A DNA stretch of 64,000 bases from Octopus bimaculoides (Eukaryota): assembly GCF_001194135.2 (NCBI RefSeq), contig NC_068984.1, positions 126,382,751 to 126,446,750 of the forward strand, read 5' to 3'. The position numbers and the translations under genes were made by a program. The number at the start of each line of letters is the position of its first letter. The stretch's first letter is position 1. The notes under the pieces were generated by a model. That model had not been told where the DNA came from and did not search any database. It saw only the letters and a program-made list of their open reading frames with translations. Shown in pieces: positions 22,900-36,741 of the stretch.

Positions 22900-25758
22900 A
22901 CGAACATGTGGTACTTACAAACGCTCACGTATCTGCTTTGAAGTTAGAATGAAAAACAACTGCAAACACAGACATAGCGAAAGATGCATTCACGTTACTC
23001 ATACCAATAGACAGACAGCTAGATAGATAGATAGACAGATACAAGCATGAACGTACATATACAATGTGCATGTATATATACACGTACATATACAATGTGC
23101 ATGTTTGGACAAACAGATACGTAGATACAATATGACGGACCAATATATTGACACAAATTATCAGATTATGTGTGGCCGGACAAACAGATAGATATATGGA
23201 CCGACAGACAAATAGCTACACACACACACACACATGGTGGGCGACAGACAGATGTACAAACGGACAGCTGAGATAGATATATGGGTGGGTCGCCTGACTG
23301 ATAGGTAGACAAATGTACGTACGGGCAGACTGGCGGATACAGAAAGATTTATGTATGGTCGGACGTAAGATAGCTAGATAGATGGACTGACGGACACCTG
23401 CATACGTACAGTTAGCATACAAATAGATAGACAGATAGATAAACAGACAGACAAAGAGACAAATAGATAGATAGATAAACAGATGTACAGGCGGATATAG
23501 ATTGATGTATGGTCGGACAGTAAGCTGGCGAGATAGAGGGACCGACGTACTTATAGATAGATAGATAGATACACGTACAGACGGACAGGCGGTTAGGTTG
23601 ATAAGTGTATGGAGGGGCAACCAGACAGATATACGAATGAGCAAACATTCAGTAAGATATATGGATAAATAAATAGATACAAACATATTTCTTGAGATTA
23701 CTTAGGACATTGCATACATATACATAGCAAGAAAACTTATAATACGCTTTATAGCTTCCTTGGAACGTTGCATTTACATAGATGCGTTAAGTTGACGTAA
23801 TGAGTCAATGTCTCGGTTTCGAATTCTTGATGGAACCGCATTCCTTATCACTAAAAGGCATGAGTATTGGAACATTGTATTTCTCTGTGGTTATAAATGT
23901 GTCTTCATGTCTTCATAAATAAATATGTGCGTGCGTGTGTGTGTGTGTGTGAATGTTTACATACTTAGACGATATAGGAGAATCGGAAACACACGCAAGA
24001 TCACACTGAACTCATATGTATGTTTACATACAGTGTATTGTAACAAGGAAACATGCATATATATATATACACACATACTATATCGTATTAAGAACACGCA
24101 AGCATACACCACACACACGCAAATATACGCATACATATGTATACGCTCACGCACATGATATGATATCGTATGAAGGAACGGTAAACAAACACTCACATAT
24201 ACACATTTCTGCAACAGACAATACCGTGCGCGCGCGCACGTACTGGATATTGAACTATACACTCAAATACACACTTTGTTTATCTATCTATCTATCTATC
24301 TCTGTCTGCTAGTTGTCTATCTGTCTGTATGTATGAAGAAATACACACTAACACATTGCATGGAATTAAAGAAACACGCAGAGGTGCACGCATTCACAGA
24401 CAGGTACAGTCACACACACAGCGCGCGTGCACACACACACGCACGCACGCACACACACAAACAGAGTTTCGGTCTAAGAAAATGCCCACACATATAAAGA
24501 AAATAAACACATTTACACATAGGTGAAAGCATACTTACACACACACACAAGCAAGGGTACAATGCATGCATACATACACAACACGCGCTCACGATATATG
24601 GCGATGAAGAAACAATAGAGGCCAGGGTGTGCAGAAGTTACACCTACCTCAGCTACCCCGGGTGGCTGCCGGTGTCTGTTGTTGTTGAATCACAGTTAAC
24701 TGACCACTGTATTAGCCACCCGATTTTCTTGTACACGGGTGGCTGTCCAACACACTTCTGATATATACAACTGCCACCTCTACCACGCTGGATGGACTGG
24801 AGGGGGGACACTTCACGTGCAGGCTGCTGCTGGTGGTAGTGGTGGTGGTGATTGTGGCGATGGCTGGTGGTAGTGGTAGGGTGTAGTGATGGTGTGTGTG
24901 TGTATATGTGTGTGTGTGTGTATGTGTGTGGTGATTGGTTATAGTGGCGGTGGTAGTAGCGGTGAAGGTGGCTGGGATAGTGGTTGTGGCTCCGGTGGCG
25001 GTGTGTATGTGGTGTAGTGTTCGTATGTGGTGACAGAAGTGTGTTCTGGCGATGTGTGGTGATTTTAGAGAGGTGCCGGGGATGAATGGTGATAAGGTTG
25101 GTGCCGAAGATGTGTGGTCGGGGCAATGTAAGTGGTAGTATTGTCTCTGATAATTATGGCGTGTGGTGGTGGTGGTGGATATGGCGGTGCTGGTGTGAAC
25201 TATGATGGTGGTGGGGCAATATGATCGGTGGGGATGGTGATGGTTGAGATTGGCGATAGCGGTGGAGATTGTGTGTATATGTGTGTGTGTGATGGTGAGG
25301 GAGTGTTATGCTGATGGAGGTTATGTGTGGATGCAGTGTGTTGTTGTTGTGATAGTGGTGGTGGTGGTGGTAATAGTGTTGTAACGGTGGTGGTAGTAGT
25401 GGTGTGGAGTGCCTCCAAGTGAAGGAGGTTTGCGGGGAGGGGTGATGGTGCTGCTACTGGAAGTGATTGCTCTTACAATGATGAGTAGGTTTGTGATGGA
25501 GATAGTGCTGGTAGCAGTAGAAGTTGTAGATCAATGTGGCAGTGTAGGTAGCAGTTGTATTGACAACACATATGTTGATGTTCATTGTATAAATTGTACG
25601 GTTTATGATTTTATATATGTTAGCCTGCCTATCTATCTATCTATCTATCTATCTATCTGAATGTCTATTGATAAATCTCTCTCCATTGATTTATCTTTCT
25701 ATCCATCTGTCTGACTGCCTGCCCGTCTGCCTGCTTGCCTGTCTGTCTGCCTGCCTGC

Positions 25759-25829
<71 letters not shown>

Positions 25830-25873
25830 NNNNNNNNNNNNNNNNNNNNNNNNNNNNNNNNNNNNNNNNNNNN

Positions 25874-25940
<67 letters not shown>

Positions 25941-27213
25941 GAACTATCTATCAGTATCTCTATGTGTCTTGATATCCAACTTGATTCACCATTGATCTAT
26001 CTACCCAGCTGTTGATCAATATATCTAATCATTGATCTATCTAACCATGGATCTATCTATATATCTATGCATGGATCTAGCCATCCAGTAAGATATCTGA
26101 CCAACTATCCAACTAGGGATCTATCTATCAATGTATTCATTCAGTAATCTGTCTATCTATCCATCCATCTGTTGATCTATCTACCCATTTATCTGTGTAT
26201 TGATCTATATATTTAGCTATCTGGTTTCCATTTGTCTATCCACTAGCTACCTCAGTAGCTATCAATCTGTTAAATACACTCCCTTCTCTCTCTCTCTCTC
26301 TCTCTCGCTCTCTTTCTCCCCCCTCTCCCTGTGTCTACCTATCTGGCTGTCATGTCTATTTAACCAGACTTACAAATGTCTGTCTGACGATCTATCTATC
26401 CATCCATCCATCCATCCATCCATCCATCTATCTATGTCTGTCTATCTCTTTGTCTATCTCTTTGTCAATCTACTTATATATCCAACTGTCTGACTATTAG
26501 TCTAACTCTGTCTATTTGCTTGTCTCTGTGTGCCTGTCTGTCTCTTTTCTATGTGTCTTCCTGTCAGTCTGTCTATTTCTCAGTGTGTCTATTTGTTAAC
26601 CTGTCTGTTCATCTACCTGTTTCCACGTTTGTCTATCTATCTGTCTGTCTGTCGGCCTGTCTGTCTATCAGCCTGTCTGTCTTTTTGTTTGTCAGTCTGC
26701 ATGCCTGTTTTGCTGTCTATCTGTCAGTCTGTCTGTGTCTGTCCGTCTATTTGCCTGTCTATCTGTCTGTCTGCATGTCTATCAGTCTATCTGTCTGCCT
26801 GTCTATTTGTCTGTCTCTCTGTCTGTCACTCTATCAGTCTGCCTATCTGCCTGTCTATGTACCTGTCTAACTGCTTGCATGTCTTTCTCCTCATCTATCT
26901 GTCTGTCTACTTGCCTATGTCTCTGTGTCTTCCTATCTATCTGACTGTGTCTGTCTGTCTATCTATCAGACAAATAGATAGAGAGGCAGATAGATAGGCA
27001 GGGAGGGGGACAGACAGACAGATAGATAGGCAGGCATACAGACATAGGCTGCCTAGCTATCTTTCTGCCTCTCTACCTGTCTGTCTCTTCATCTACCTTT
27101 CTGTCTGTCTGTCTCTGTCTTTCCATCGATATTTTGTCTTTCTACCTATCTTTCTATCTATCTGTCTGTCAGTCTGTCTTTCTGCCTGTGTATCTATCTG
27201 ACTGTCTGTGAGC

Positions 27214-27250
<37 letters not shown>

Positions 27251-27800
27251 ATATTTCATATATATATATATATATATAAAGATAGAGACACAGCTAGATA
27301 GCTCTCTGTCTCTCTCTCTGTTTTTCTCTTTCTCTGTCTGTCTCTGTGTCTATATTCATTTGTTTATATATGTATCTGTCTGTCTCTCTGTATGTCTATC
27401 TTTCTATCTATCAGCTTCTCTGTTTAACTATCTATCAGACTGCCTTTCTAGCTTTCTGTCTCCTTGCATGCCTGTCTGTCTATCAATCAACCAATCAATC
27501 AATCAATTAATATTTGTTTCTGTATCTGTTTGTTAGCCTCTCCATTTATTTGACAGTTCTTTTGTCTGTATGTTAGTCTGTGTCTGTCTGTCTGTTATGC
27601 TCTCTGACTGTCTGCCAGTTCTCTCTCTGTCACTCTGTCTGTCTCTCTGTCACTCTGTCTGTCTATCACACTGTCTGTCTGTCTTTCTCTGTCTGTGTAC
27701 ATATATATCTATCTATCTATCTGTCTGTCTGTCTCTCTCAATTTCTTTCTACCTGTCTGCCAGTCTGTCCCACTGCTTGTCTATCTGTTGTTTGTATACA
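22900..27800. repeat. Large mixed simple-repeat field: (GATA/GACA)n, (CA)n, (GGT)n, (CT)n, (TCTA/TCTG)n
   Basis: Direct reading; explains the many low-complexity ORFs here. Confidence 0.9.
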
Positions 27801-27820
27801 CATATAGCTATGCAAATATA

Positions 27821-28837
27821 TATGAGGGTAAGCCAAAAATCATATACACACTCTTGTTACTGTAATTTATTAAAACAAAAACAGGAGTTGAGCAATTACA
27901 TCATTTTCGACATTGTCTCCTTGCTTTTTGATGCACTTTTTCCAGCGATCCACAAGCTTGCTTATTCCACTGGAGAAGAAAGTTTTCAGTTGGTCATGCA
28001 GTCATTTATGCACCATTTCTTGCTCTTCTTCATCTGTAGCAAATCAGCGACCTCATAAAGGATGTTTGGGCAGTCCAAAGAGGTAATAGTTGGAAGGGGC
28101 AAGATCTGGATTGTATTCAAGGTGTTCCAGCAGCTCGAAACCCAGTTTTGCAATGGTTTCAACAGTGTGGATGGTCATATACGGGCATGTTTTGTCATAC
28201 AACAGTAACACATCCTTTGACAGTAGACCTTGGCATTTGGTGTAAATTGTTGGTTTCAATTTGTTGGCCAGTATTTGACTATAGCCTACACTGGTAACTG
28301 TAGACCCTTTCTTTAGGTAATGTTCCAGTATAGCCACTTTTGCATCCCCCTAAAATGGTTAGCAATGTGGAAGGTTGAGTCTTAAATATCTTCTTTGCTG
28401 ATGATTCTGAGCGTTTCCTCTCCGTTTGGATTCTAGCTCAAAGTAATGAACCCAGGGCTCATCTTCTATGACTATTCTTTCCCCAAAAGCTTTGCCGTCA
28501 TTGTTGTAGTGGTCAAGTAAGCATTGACAGATCTCCACGTGATTGCACTTACGCACTTTGGTAAGCTCTCTTGGCACCCATCTTGCACAGACTTTATGAA
28601 AGCAAAGATTGTCATGGATGGTTTTGTATGTAGAGCCATCACTAATTTGCAGGGAATATGCTACTTCATCAATGGCCACTTGTCAGTTCATGAGAACCAT
28701 CTCTCATCTTGCTTCATGCTTATCCAGCCATTTTTGAACTTCTCAGCCCATTCATTTGCACTTTTACATAGTAGAGCGCTGCCCCCATATTGTACTGATT
28801 TCCTATGATATTTCCCAACCCCTGACACACCTTCATA
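27821..28837 (-). mobile_element. Decayed mariner (Tc1/mariner) DNA transposon
   Basis: Degenerate ends TATGAGGGTAAG (27821) and reverse-complement TATGAAGGTGTG (28837) flank a transposase remnant. Confidence 0.8.
27896..28800 (-). pseudogene. Mariner transposase pseudogene
   Basis: Frameshifted motifs CARWVPREL, ERIVIEDEPWVHY, LLLYDKTCPY, HLEYNPDLAPSNYYLF, KLVDRWKKCI match WVPREL / TGDETW / HDNARPH / YSPDLAPSD. Confidence 0.9.
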
Positions 28838-28982
28838 TCAGTGAAATCAGATCATTGATCGCTGTTCTTTGGTGCACACTGTCAGCAGAGTGGCTATATT
28901 TACTCAGTAACACAAGAAAGGAAGCTATATAAATATGTATGTATATATCTATATATATGTATATGCATATATATATATGCTT

Positions 28983-29180
28983 TTTTACTCTTCTACTTGT
29001 TTCTGTCATTTCACTACGGCCCTGCTGGAGCACCGCTTTTAGTCGAGCAAATTGACCCAGAGACTTATTCTTTGTAAGCCTAGTACTTATTCTATCAGTC
29101 TCTGCCGAACCGCTATGTTAGAGGGACATAAACACACCAGCGATGTTGGTGGGGACAAACACAGACACACAAGCACACAC

Positions 29181-29277
<97 letters not shown>

Positions 29278-29440
29278 CGACAGGCTTCTCTCAGTTTCCA
29301 TCTACCAAATCCACTCACAAGGCTTTGGTCAGCCCTAGGCTATAGAAGAAGACACTTGCCCAAGGTGCCACACAGTGGGACTGAACCCGGAACCATATGG
29401 TTGGTAAGCAAGCTACTTACCACACAGCCACTCCTGCACC
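28983..29440 (-). mobile_element. SINE family A, near full length
   Basis: High identity to 4718-5153; long (TA)n hinge. Confidence 0.9.
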
Positions 29441-29527
29441 TATATATACATTCATGCATATATATATGCTCATATATATGAATACATAAATATGTATGTA
29501 TGTATAGTCATATATTTACATGAATAT

Positions 29528-29574
<47 letters not shown>

Positions 29575-30202
29575 AAACTTACTTGGAAAAAATGCATGGC
29601 ATTCGATCACATAATAATATAAGTAATATATAAATAATTGCATATATACATACATATATGTACATACCCACATATATATGTATATATACAGGCATATATG
29701 GGTACAGGACATCAAAAAAAAAAAGTAGTCAGCATGAGAAACGAAAGCATAAAAGACAAAAACGGAAAACAAACTTTTTGCTTGAACAGCAAAAAAACAA
29801 ACAAACGAGATATGCAACATTAAGAACATTCCCTTCATCAGTTGTCCCCTGTTTTATCTACTCCGCGTTTTGAACGTAAGGACAAGACTCAACTTTGTTA
29901 AAACAGTCCTACCTGCAAAGCAAATTAAATAAAATTTGGGGCTTTTTGCAGAGTGTGAAAGTTGTAATAAAAACAGGACAGTGAGAAAAAAAAAAAACAG
30001 TGAAAACAAAACGGTGAGGGCTGTTAAGCCAAGATGATGGGAAGTGGTAAAGGCTGGAAAAACAAGCTATAAATTAGTGTTAATTATGTCCAATTAACAA
30101 AACTGTAATTCCCCACCAGGTATAACTTCTTCAGCTTTATACTCCCGGTGAATTCGCCACCATCCTCATTACGAACATTAGCACTGAACGTCGGAACTTA
30201 CA

Positions 30203-30350
30203 GACACGTGGAAATATGAAATTCACTAAATCTGAGACTATGGATTTAACGAACCCTCTTCTCTTTTATCCTCCTCCTGACACGTGGAATTATGTAAGTC
30301 ACTAAAATTTAAGACTAATGCTTTTACGAACGCCTTTCCCTTTTTTCCTG
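30203..30350. repeat. Diverged 76-bp tandem duplication
   Basis: GACACGTGGAA at 30203 and 30279, each followed by TCACTAAA..AGACTA..ACGAAC. Confidence 0.75.
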
Positions 30351-30584
30351 TCTATTTTGTCCTTGTATTTTTTCCTTCTGTTTTATCTTTTCCATCTAAT
30401 CGTTCTGAAAATGTTTATCAATTGTAATGAGGTAACTGCAAATTTACCCCCATTTTGATAAATAGAAACAGCTGTAAACTTATTCCTAATTTAATTAAAT
30501 AACGATTTTAAAACACCAATGATCCACATATCATTGTTAATTATTGCTCCATTTCTTATCGTCTCTGTATATGTATATATATGC

Positions 30585-30643
<59 letters not shown>

Positions 30644-31599
30644 NNNNNNNNNNNNNNNNNNNNNNNNNNNNNNNNNNNNNNNNNNNNNNNNNNNNNNNNN
30701 NNNNNNNNNNNNNNNNNNNNNNNNNNNNNNNNNNNNNNNNNNNNNNNNNNNNNNNNNNNNNNNNNNNNNNNNNNNNNNNNNNNNNNNNNNNNNNNNNNNN
30801 NNNNNNNNNNNNNNNNNNNNNNNNNNNNNNNNNNNNNNNNNNNNNNNNNNNNNNNNNNNNNNNNNNNNNNNNNNNNNNNNNNNNNNNNNNNNNNNNNNNN
30901 NNNNNNNNNNNNNNNNNNNNNNNNNNNNNNNNNNNNNNNNNNNNNNNNNNNNNNNNNNNNNNNNNNNNNNNNNNNNNNNNNNNNNNNNNNNNNNNNNNNN
31001 NNNNNNNNNNNNNNNNNNNNNNNNNNNNNNNNNNNNNNNNNNNNNNNNNNNNNNNNNNNNNNNNNNNNNNNNNNNNNNNNNNAAAAGTGTTTCCATGATA
31101 TATGGTAGGGGGGAACATAATATTTATTATGTGGTTAAAAAAGTTAGTTGAAATTATTGATATCGAGAAAGAGAGTTAGAAATATAATTCTAGCAGAGGC
31201 GGGATATTCTGATAATGAGATTAAAGAAAGGCAGAGACAGAGAGAGAAATGGGGGTGAGAGAGAGGGAGGAGAGAGGATTGAGGGAGGGAGACGATGATG
31301 ATGGTGGCGGTGGTGCATGGATTATGATAAGTGTGTTTTTTTTAAAAATTGAACTAAGTTTTTTATATCACGTAACACATAACACATGAGCATAATTGCA
31401 GTTCCATGAAATATTCACACATGGCAGACATATGCAATTTAAGTGAAGGTTGTATCATATGTATGGGCTATTTTTTTTTTTGTTCATGGGGAAAATGGAA
31501 GAATAAGAGTGAATATTTATTTTATGAGTGCTGTGTATTAAGTCTATAAAACTGTGCATAAAGTGTGTAAAGTGTATATATAAGGTGCATAAAGTAATC

Positions 31600-32816
31600 A
31601 TCGTATTCTGATTTCTTTCACCTTTTGATGAATAGCAGATGAGCGATTATCTTTCCATACAGACACAACACAGGCTACACTTTCAGGTTTTTTGGATAAA
31701 GTTTTCAGAAATGACCCCATAGGTTTACCATTATATATAATTTTTCATTAGGCATCCCATTTAAAATGTCCTGCGAGGTGTAGTTTGCCTGTGACTGGTT
31801 TATAGTTTATTCATAGCATCTGTAAGCCATTGGTGGTTTCATTAAATGGATTTATCAAAGCAATCAGAGTTAGGTGAAAAAGTGGAGGGTATAATAAATA
31901 TATAATGCTCATTGTTTTTGAGGCCTTCCTAGATTGGGGATATTGATGCCTTTAGCATTCCTTATAAAGGTTTTGTAAGCCAATATCTAAAGGAAAGCTT
32001 GATGCCAAGATGGGATTCCAGTGGGATAATGTTACAGGAGAGAAGGACTGGAAAGATGATCAGTGCAGGGGTTGCTTGTGGGTGGAAACAAGTATCATGA
32101 GAGAGGAGAGTAGTGTGATGAGAATGTGTGAGTGAAAGTGGGATGAATCTAGTCACATCCAAGGATCAAAGTCCATTATAGTTCTAGTAGAAAAACAGAG
32201 AGAGGACACACAGCATATATTTAAATAACACAGAAAAATACTGGCATATCAAATATCATACAACAAAAATTACCTCTGCTTCTAAAGGATGTATGCTAAT
32301 TAACAAATGTCGATTAAAACCAGCTCAACTTGAGTAGGGGAGATAATCTCAAGAACCAAGTATTCTCCAAAACTAACTTGCTATTAAGGAAAAGGACACT
32401 ATATGACAGTGCTGTCATATAGTGTGCATATATACAACAGGAGATGCTTGATGAACTACAACTCACTTTGAACAGAATGCTCCCAGACAATTTTCACATG
32501 CAACATTATAACAGTATGTATGTGTGTATGTGAGTGTAGCGACAATGTAGCCTTTAATCTAATCAAGATATCCTTGGCCTGAAGAGTAGCCAGCATTCTG
32601 TTGAAGATGAGGCATATCTATTTGTCTGTTTGCAGCTAGTCTTGTAGCATTCTCTTGAAGGCAAGCTCCTTGTTTACTGTTTAGCTCAAGTCTTCTATGA
32701 GCTGCATTTCTGGCAGCATTAGCTCGAAGTCTTTGTTGTTGTTGCTCATTTGTCTTTGTTTTCCATGTCTTCAGAGCACACTTGTATATGGCAGGAGAGC
32801 ATGTTGTGTGAGGCAC
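31600..32816 (-). mobile_element. Possible Helitron Rep/helicase remnants
   Basis: ORF 32559-32816 (TNEQQQQRLRANAARNAAHRR..ENATRLAANRQ) resembles Helitron N-terminal charged repeats; TINQSQ near 31790 resembles helicase TINKSQ. Confidence 0.3.
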
Positions 32817-33470
32817 ACTTTACTTGGGATAATTGATGGAAACATCTTCAGTAAAAGTGCAATTGTAAGGTAGAGAAAAATTGAAGAAATGTGATTTAAA
32901 GTAGAAACGCAATTATGAGGTAAAAGAAAGATGAAAAAGATTTGCAAATGTGAGCACTGAGTGTCTAATTTGAATGACAAGAGATGTGGAAATGTAAACA
33001 AAGGAGATAAACAAAGAGCTTAATTACAAAATGGAAAGAAATAGCTGAAGGAGCTATGGAAAATATCTTAATAATCAGCCAGCATATCTTTATTATCAAA
33101 ATATCTTTATTATCAGCTAAGCAGTGTGTGTATGAAGAAAGGATGTTTTAAATAGAACACTTATCTCGTTTTTTAAAATTCTTTCCAACTCTGGCTGCAA
33201 CACAGATTCCATGCCTGCTCATGCGTATATATGCAAGAAAGGGAATATTTTTCTTAACTCTTTCCTTCTCTTCAGCAAGGTGGTCATAAATGCAATTCAC
33301 TCTGCAAATTGTAATACACAGCAACAAATCCTTATTGAAAGTTGCTTGTGTCGATCAATTTGCATTTGTTTAGATGCATCTGTTTGGAAGAAGATGGACT
33401 TACAGTAAAGGGAGAATTTGCAGTTATTTCTAGAAAGGTGTGGCACTATGTTGAGGCTCCCCTCACTTAA

Positions 33471-33701
33471 CTTGTGTTCTCAACCGTGTTTTGTCTATGG
33501 ACCCCTTCGATTTCTATTTTACTCTACTGGACCTCCATAGCCATTGTATTTTTAGTATTAAACATCATTAGGAATTGTATTAAAATATTTTTTAATATTT
33601 TGTGCATTGTAGAAGTATAACCAATTTATTGGACATAAATTTTAACAATAAATCTTATATGGACCCCTAAGGGCCATATGAACCCCAGTTGAAAACCTCT
33701 G
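33471..33701. mobile_element. hAT (Charlie/MER5-type) MITE
   Basis: Ends CTTGTGTTCTCAACC and GTTGAAAACCTCTG resemble CAGTGGTTCTCAAC TIRs; internal GGACCCC subterminal motifs. Confidence 0.5.
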
Positions 33702-33840
33702 GTTTAGGTCATGATCATCTCTGGTCAAACAGATCTTTGATTAAAAGCATGCCTTCTGGGACATGCTGGAGTAGGAAGAAGTGGAGGAGATGGGGGATAT
33801 GTAAAAGAAATGATGTGGTGTTAGGGAAGAATAATTAATA

Positions 33841-34062
33841 TTCTTTTCTACTCTAGGCACAAGGCCTGAAATTTTGGTGGAGGGGGGGGGGCCAGTCAAC
33901 TAGATTGACCCCAGTACGCAGTTGGTACTTAATTTATCGCCACCCAAAAGGATAAAAGGCAAAATCGACCTCGGTGGAATTTGAACTCAGAACATAAAGA
34001 TAGATGAAATACTGCTAAGCATTTCTCCTGGCGTGCTAACGTTTCTGCCAGCTCGCTGCCTT
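33841..34062 (-). mobile_element. SINE family C, full length
   Basis: Close match to 8613-8830; AAGAATAAT on both flanks. Confidence 0.9.
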
Positions 34063-34139
34063 AAGAATAATAATTGGTATTAAAAAGTAATAAGGAGGTA
34101 GTTGAAACATGAGAGTGAGGTGGTGTGAACAAAGTAGGA

Positions 34140-34715
34140 GATATAATAAGGATAGAAAGGGAACTTAATAGAAGCAAATGTGAGACTGGTGAAGATAGAG
34201 AAGGAGGAAGGGAAGCAGATAGGTAAAAGAGGCATTGATAGTATTAAAGTGACAAAGGAGAAAGATAAAGAGAGAATAGACAGAGTGGAAGAGAGAAAGT
34301 GTGTATGTGTGTGTGTGAGAGAGAGAGAGAGAGAAAGAATAGAAAGAGATAAAATGAGAGAGAGTGAGAGAGAAAAGCATGAGAAAGGAGAAAAAAGAGG
34401 AGATGTAAGAATAGTTGATAAGAGATAGAGAAAAAGAAAGTGATGCAAAATCTTGATAGGTAAAGAGATAAAAGAAAGTGAAATAATAATTGAAAGCAAA
34501 TGAGATAGAAAAGAGAAAGTAAGAGGAGTTAATGATATTAGAGTAGCAAGAGAAAAGGATGTAGAGATTGAAAGAGAATAGAAACAAAAGAGTAAGAGGT
34601 ATTAATAGTATTAAAGTGGGAGAGAGACTAAGATGATAAAGAGGAGAGAATGAGAGATGAAGAAGACTGAAAGAATAGGAGACAGAGAGTGTGATTGGCA
34701 GAATGAGAAAGGTAG

Positions 34716-34746
<31 letters not shown>

Positions 34747-34790
34747 GCAGATGAGAGGAAGTAAAGGAGTTGTGATAACATAGGAAAGAG
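34140..34790. repeat. Polypurine (GA-rich) low-complexity tract
   Basis: Direct reading. Confidence 0.85.
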
Positions 34791-34940
34791 TGATAATAAT
34801 TAATTCGTTTTATTGGCCACAAGGGCTAATATCAATTAAAAACATATAAGGACAAAGACAGGACGTAGGTTACAAAAGGTTTTGTCCGAAAAGGTAGGAA
34901 AGTTCGTCTAAACAGAGGAAGAAAACGGAGAAAGATAATA

Positions 34941-35330
34941 GGCGTAGGAGTGGCTGTGTGGTAAGTAGCTTGCTTACCAACCACATGGTCCCGGGGTTCA
35001 GTCCCACTGCATGGCATCTTGGGCAAGTGTCTTCTACTNNNNNNNNNNNNNNNNNNNNNNNNNNNNNNNNNNNNNNNNNNNNNNNNNNNNNNNNNNNNNN
35101 NNNNNNNNNNNNNNNNNNNNNNNNNNNNNNNNNNNNNNNNNNNNNNNNNNNNNNNNNNNNNNNNNNNNNNNNGTAACTTAGCGGTTCGGCAAAAGAGACT
35201 GATAGAATAAGTACTAGGCTTCTAAAAGAATAAGTCCTGGGGGTCGATTTGCTCGACTAAAGGTGGTGCTCCAGCATGGCCACAGTCAAATGACTGAAAC
35301 AAGTAAAAAAGTTAAAAAAAAAGAAGTAAA
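34941..35330 (+). mobile_element. SINE family A, gap in hinge
   Basis: Head 34941-35038; 3' module 35173-35330. Confidence 0.9.
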
Positions 35331-35562
35331 AGTTGAAATGCTCACAAAAGCATCAGAGCTATAAAAGCAGATGACAGTGAGAAAGGTGGTAAAAGATTTC
35401 AGGGAGGATCAGGAAGAGGTAGAGAAGCAAATGACAACACTGTGGTGGCAGTGGACAGTTACATAGTAATGAAAGATGGGGAGTTGTGATGAGTGGAAGG
35501 AAGAGATGGTGACTTACATACATACACTTACACAAACACACGCTCACTCAGAGACTTCTTAA

Positions 35563-35781
35563 CCCTTTAGTATTTAAACCGGCCATATCCGGCCAAAATA
35601 TTTAATCTGTTTTATGTTCAAACTGACCAGATCCAGGCTCTCACACCTACCCTACAATGTTATTCTACATTAAGTAGTTACACCATCAAGATCTTAAAGA
35701 TATGAGATAATGCATGATTAATTCAAATCAATGTGAATCAATAAGCATTATGTTTGATAGAATGATCTGAACACTAAAGGG
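35563..35781. mobile_element. piggyBac-type MITE with TTAA TSD
   Basis: TTAA|CCCTTTAGT...ACTAAAGGG|TTAA; 219 bp. Confidence 0.85.
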
Positions 35782-35810
35782 TTAAATATATCAATAGATG
35801 TATTATGTAT

Positions 35811-36005
35811 TCATCATCATTTTAACATCTACTTTTCCATGCTTGCATGGGTTGGAAAGAGTTAATAGAGGCAAATCTTTTCACAACCAGATGCCCTTCC
35901 TGTTACCAGCCTACATATGCTTACTAGCAAGCTATAATTTTCCCATAGCTACACATGTTTTTCATAGAAGACTGGAAACAAACAGCTTTGCTTGAATGAC
36001 AACCA

Positions 36006-36087
<82 letters not shown>

Positions 36088-36556
36088 CCACACACACATA
36101 CACACACACACACACACACAGGGCTGGTACTAGGAAGTGCGGGGCCCAGTTAGAGAATTGTCAGTGGGACCCTCTACTCAACAAAAGCTGAAGATTGATG
36201 TTTTATGCTTTGTGTAGCACACCAGTCTCAGCCAAAAAGCAATAAGGGTTTGTGGCTCCACCATTAGCCATAATAGTATACTAAAAATTTGTCATAGTGC
36301 CTTCCACTTGAGTGTGTGCATGGGACATTCTCTTGGTATGAGGTCCAACTTGAACAAATCAGCTTAAAACTGGCCCTGTCTAAAATATGCCTAATAGGCT
36401 ACTCTTTTTAATTTCCATCTACCACATCCATTCACAAGGTTTTGGTCAACTTGAAACTATGGTAAAAGACATTTGCCCATGGTGCCATGTGGTGGGACTG
36501 AACCCAAGATCACATGGCTGGAAAGCAATCTTCTTAACAATATGACCACACCTGGG
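35811..36556 (-). mobile_element. Chimeric SINE (A head + B-variant tail) with a MITE in the hinge
   Basis: Tail 35811-36000, (CA)n, insertion 36119-36378, A head 36410-36556. Confidence 0.65.
36119..36378. mobile_element. hAT-type MITE (CAGGGCCGG-type ends)
   Basis: CAGGGCTGGT ... ACTGGCCCTG; 8 of 10 positions are an inverted match. Confidence 0.5.
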
Positions 36557-36589
36557 CCCAGTACAGTTTTAGTTGATTTTCATTTGTTT

Positions 36590-36740
36590 ATTTATTTGTT
36601 TCAGTCATTTGACTGTGGCTGGAGCACTGCCTTCAAGGGTTTAGTCAAACAGATTGACCCTAGAACTTATTTTTTTGAGCCTAGTCCTTATTCTATCAAT
36701 CTCATTTGCAGAATTGCCAAGTTATGGGGACCGTAAATGC
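36590..36740 (-). mobile_element. SINE family A, 3' half
   Basis: TTCAGTCATTTGACTGTGGCTGGAGCACTGCC. Confidence 0.7.
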
Positions 36741-36741
36741 A

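Noticed and set aside
24653-25126. 157-aa His/Thr-rich ORF
   Set aside because: Mostly a translation of (CAC)/(CA) repeats; no recognisable domain.
25605-27807. Overlapping Leu/Ser/Val/Cys-rich ORFs
   Set aside because: Products of (TCTG/TCTA)n satellites.
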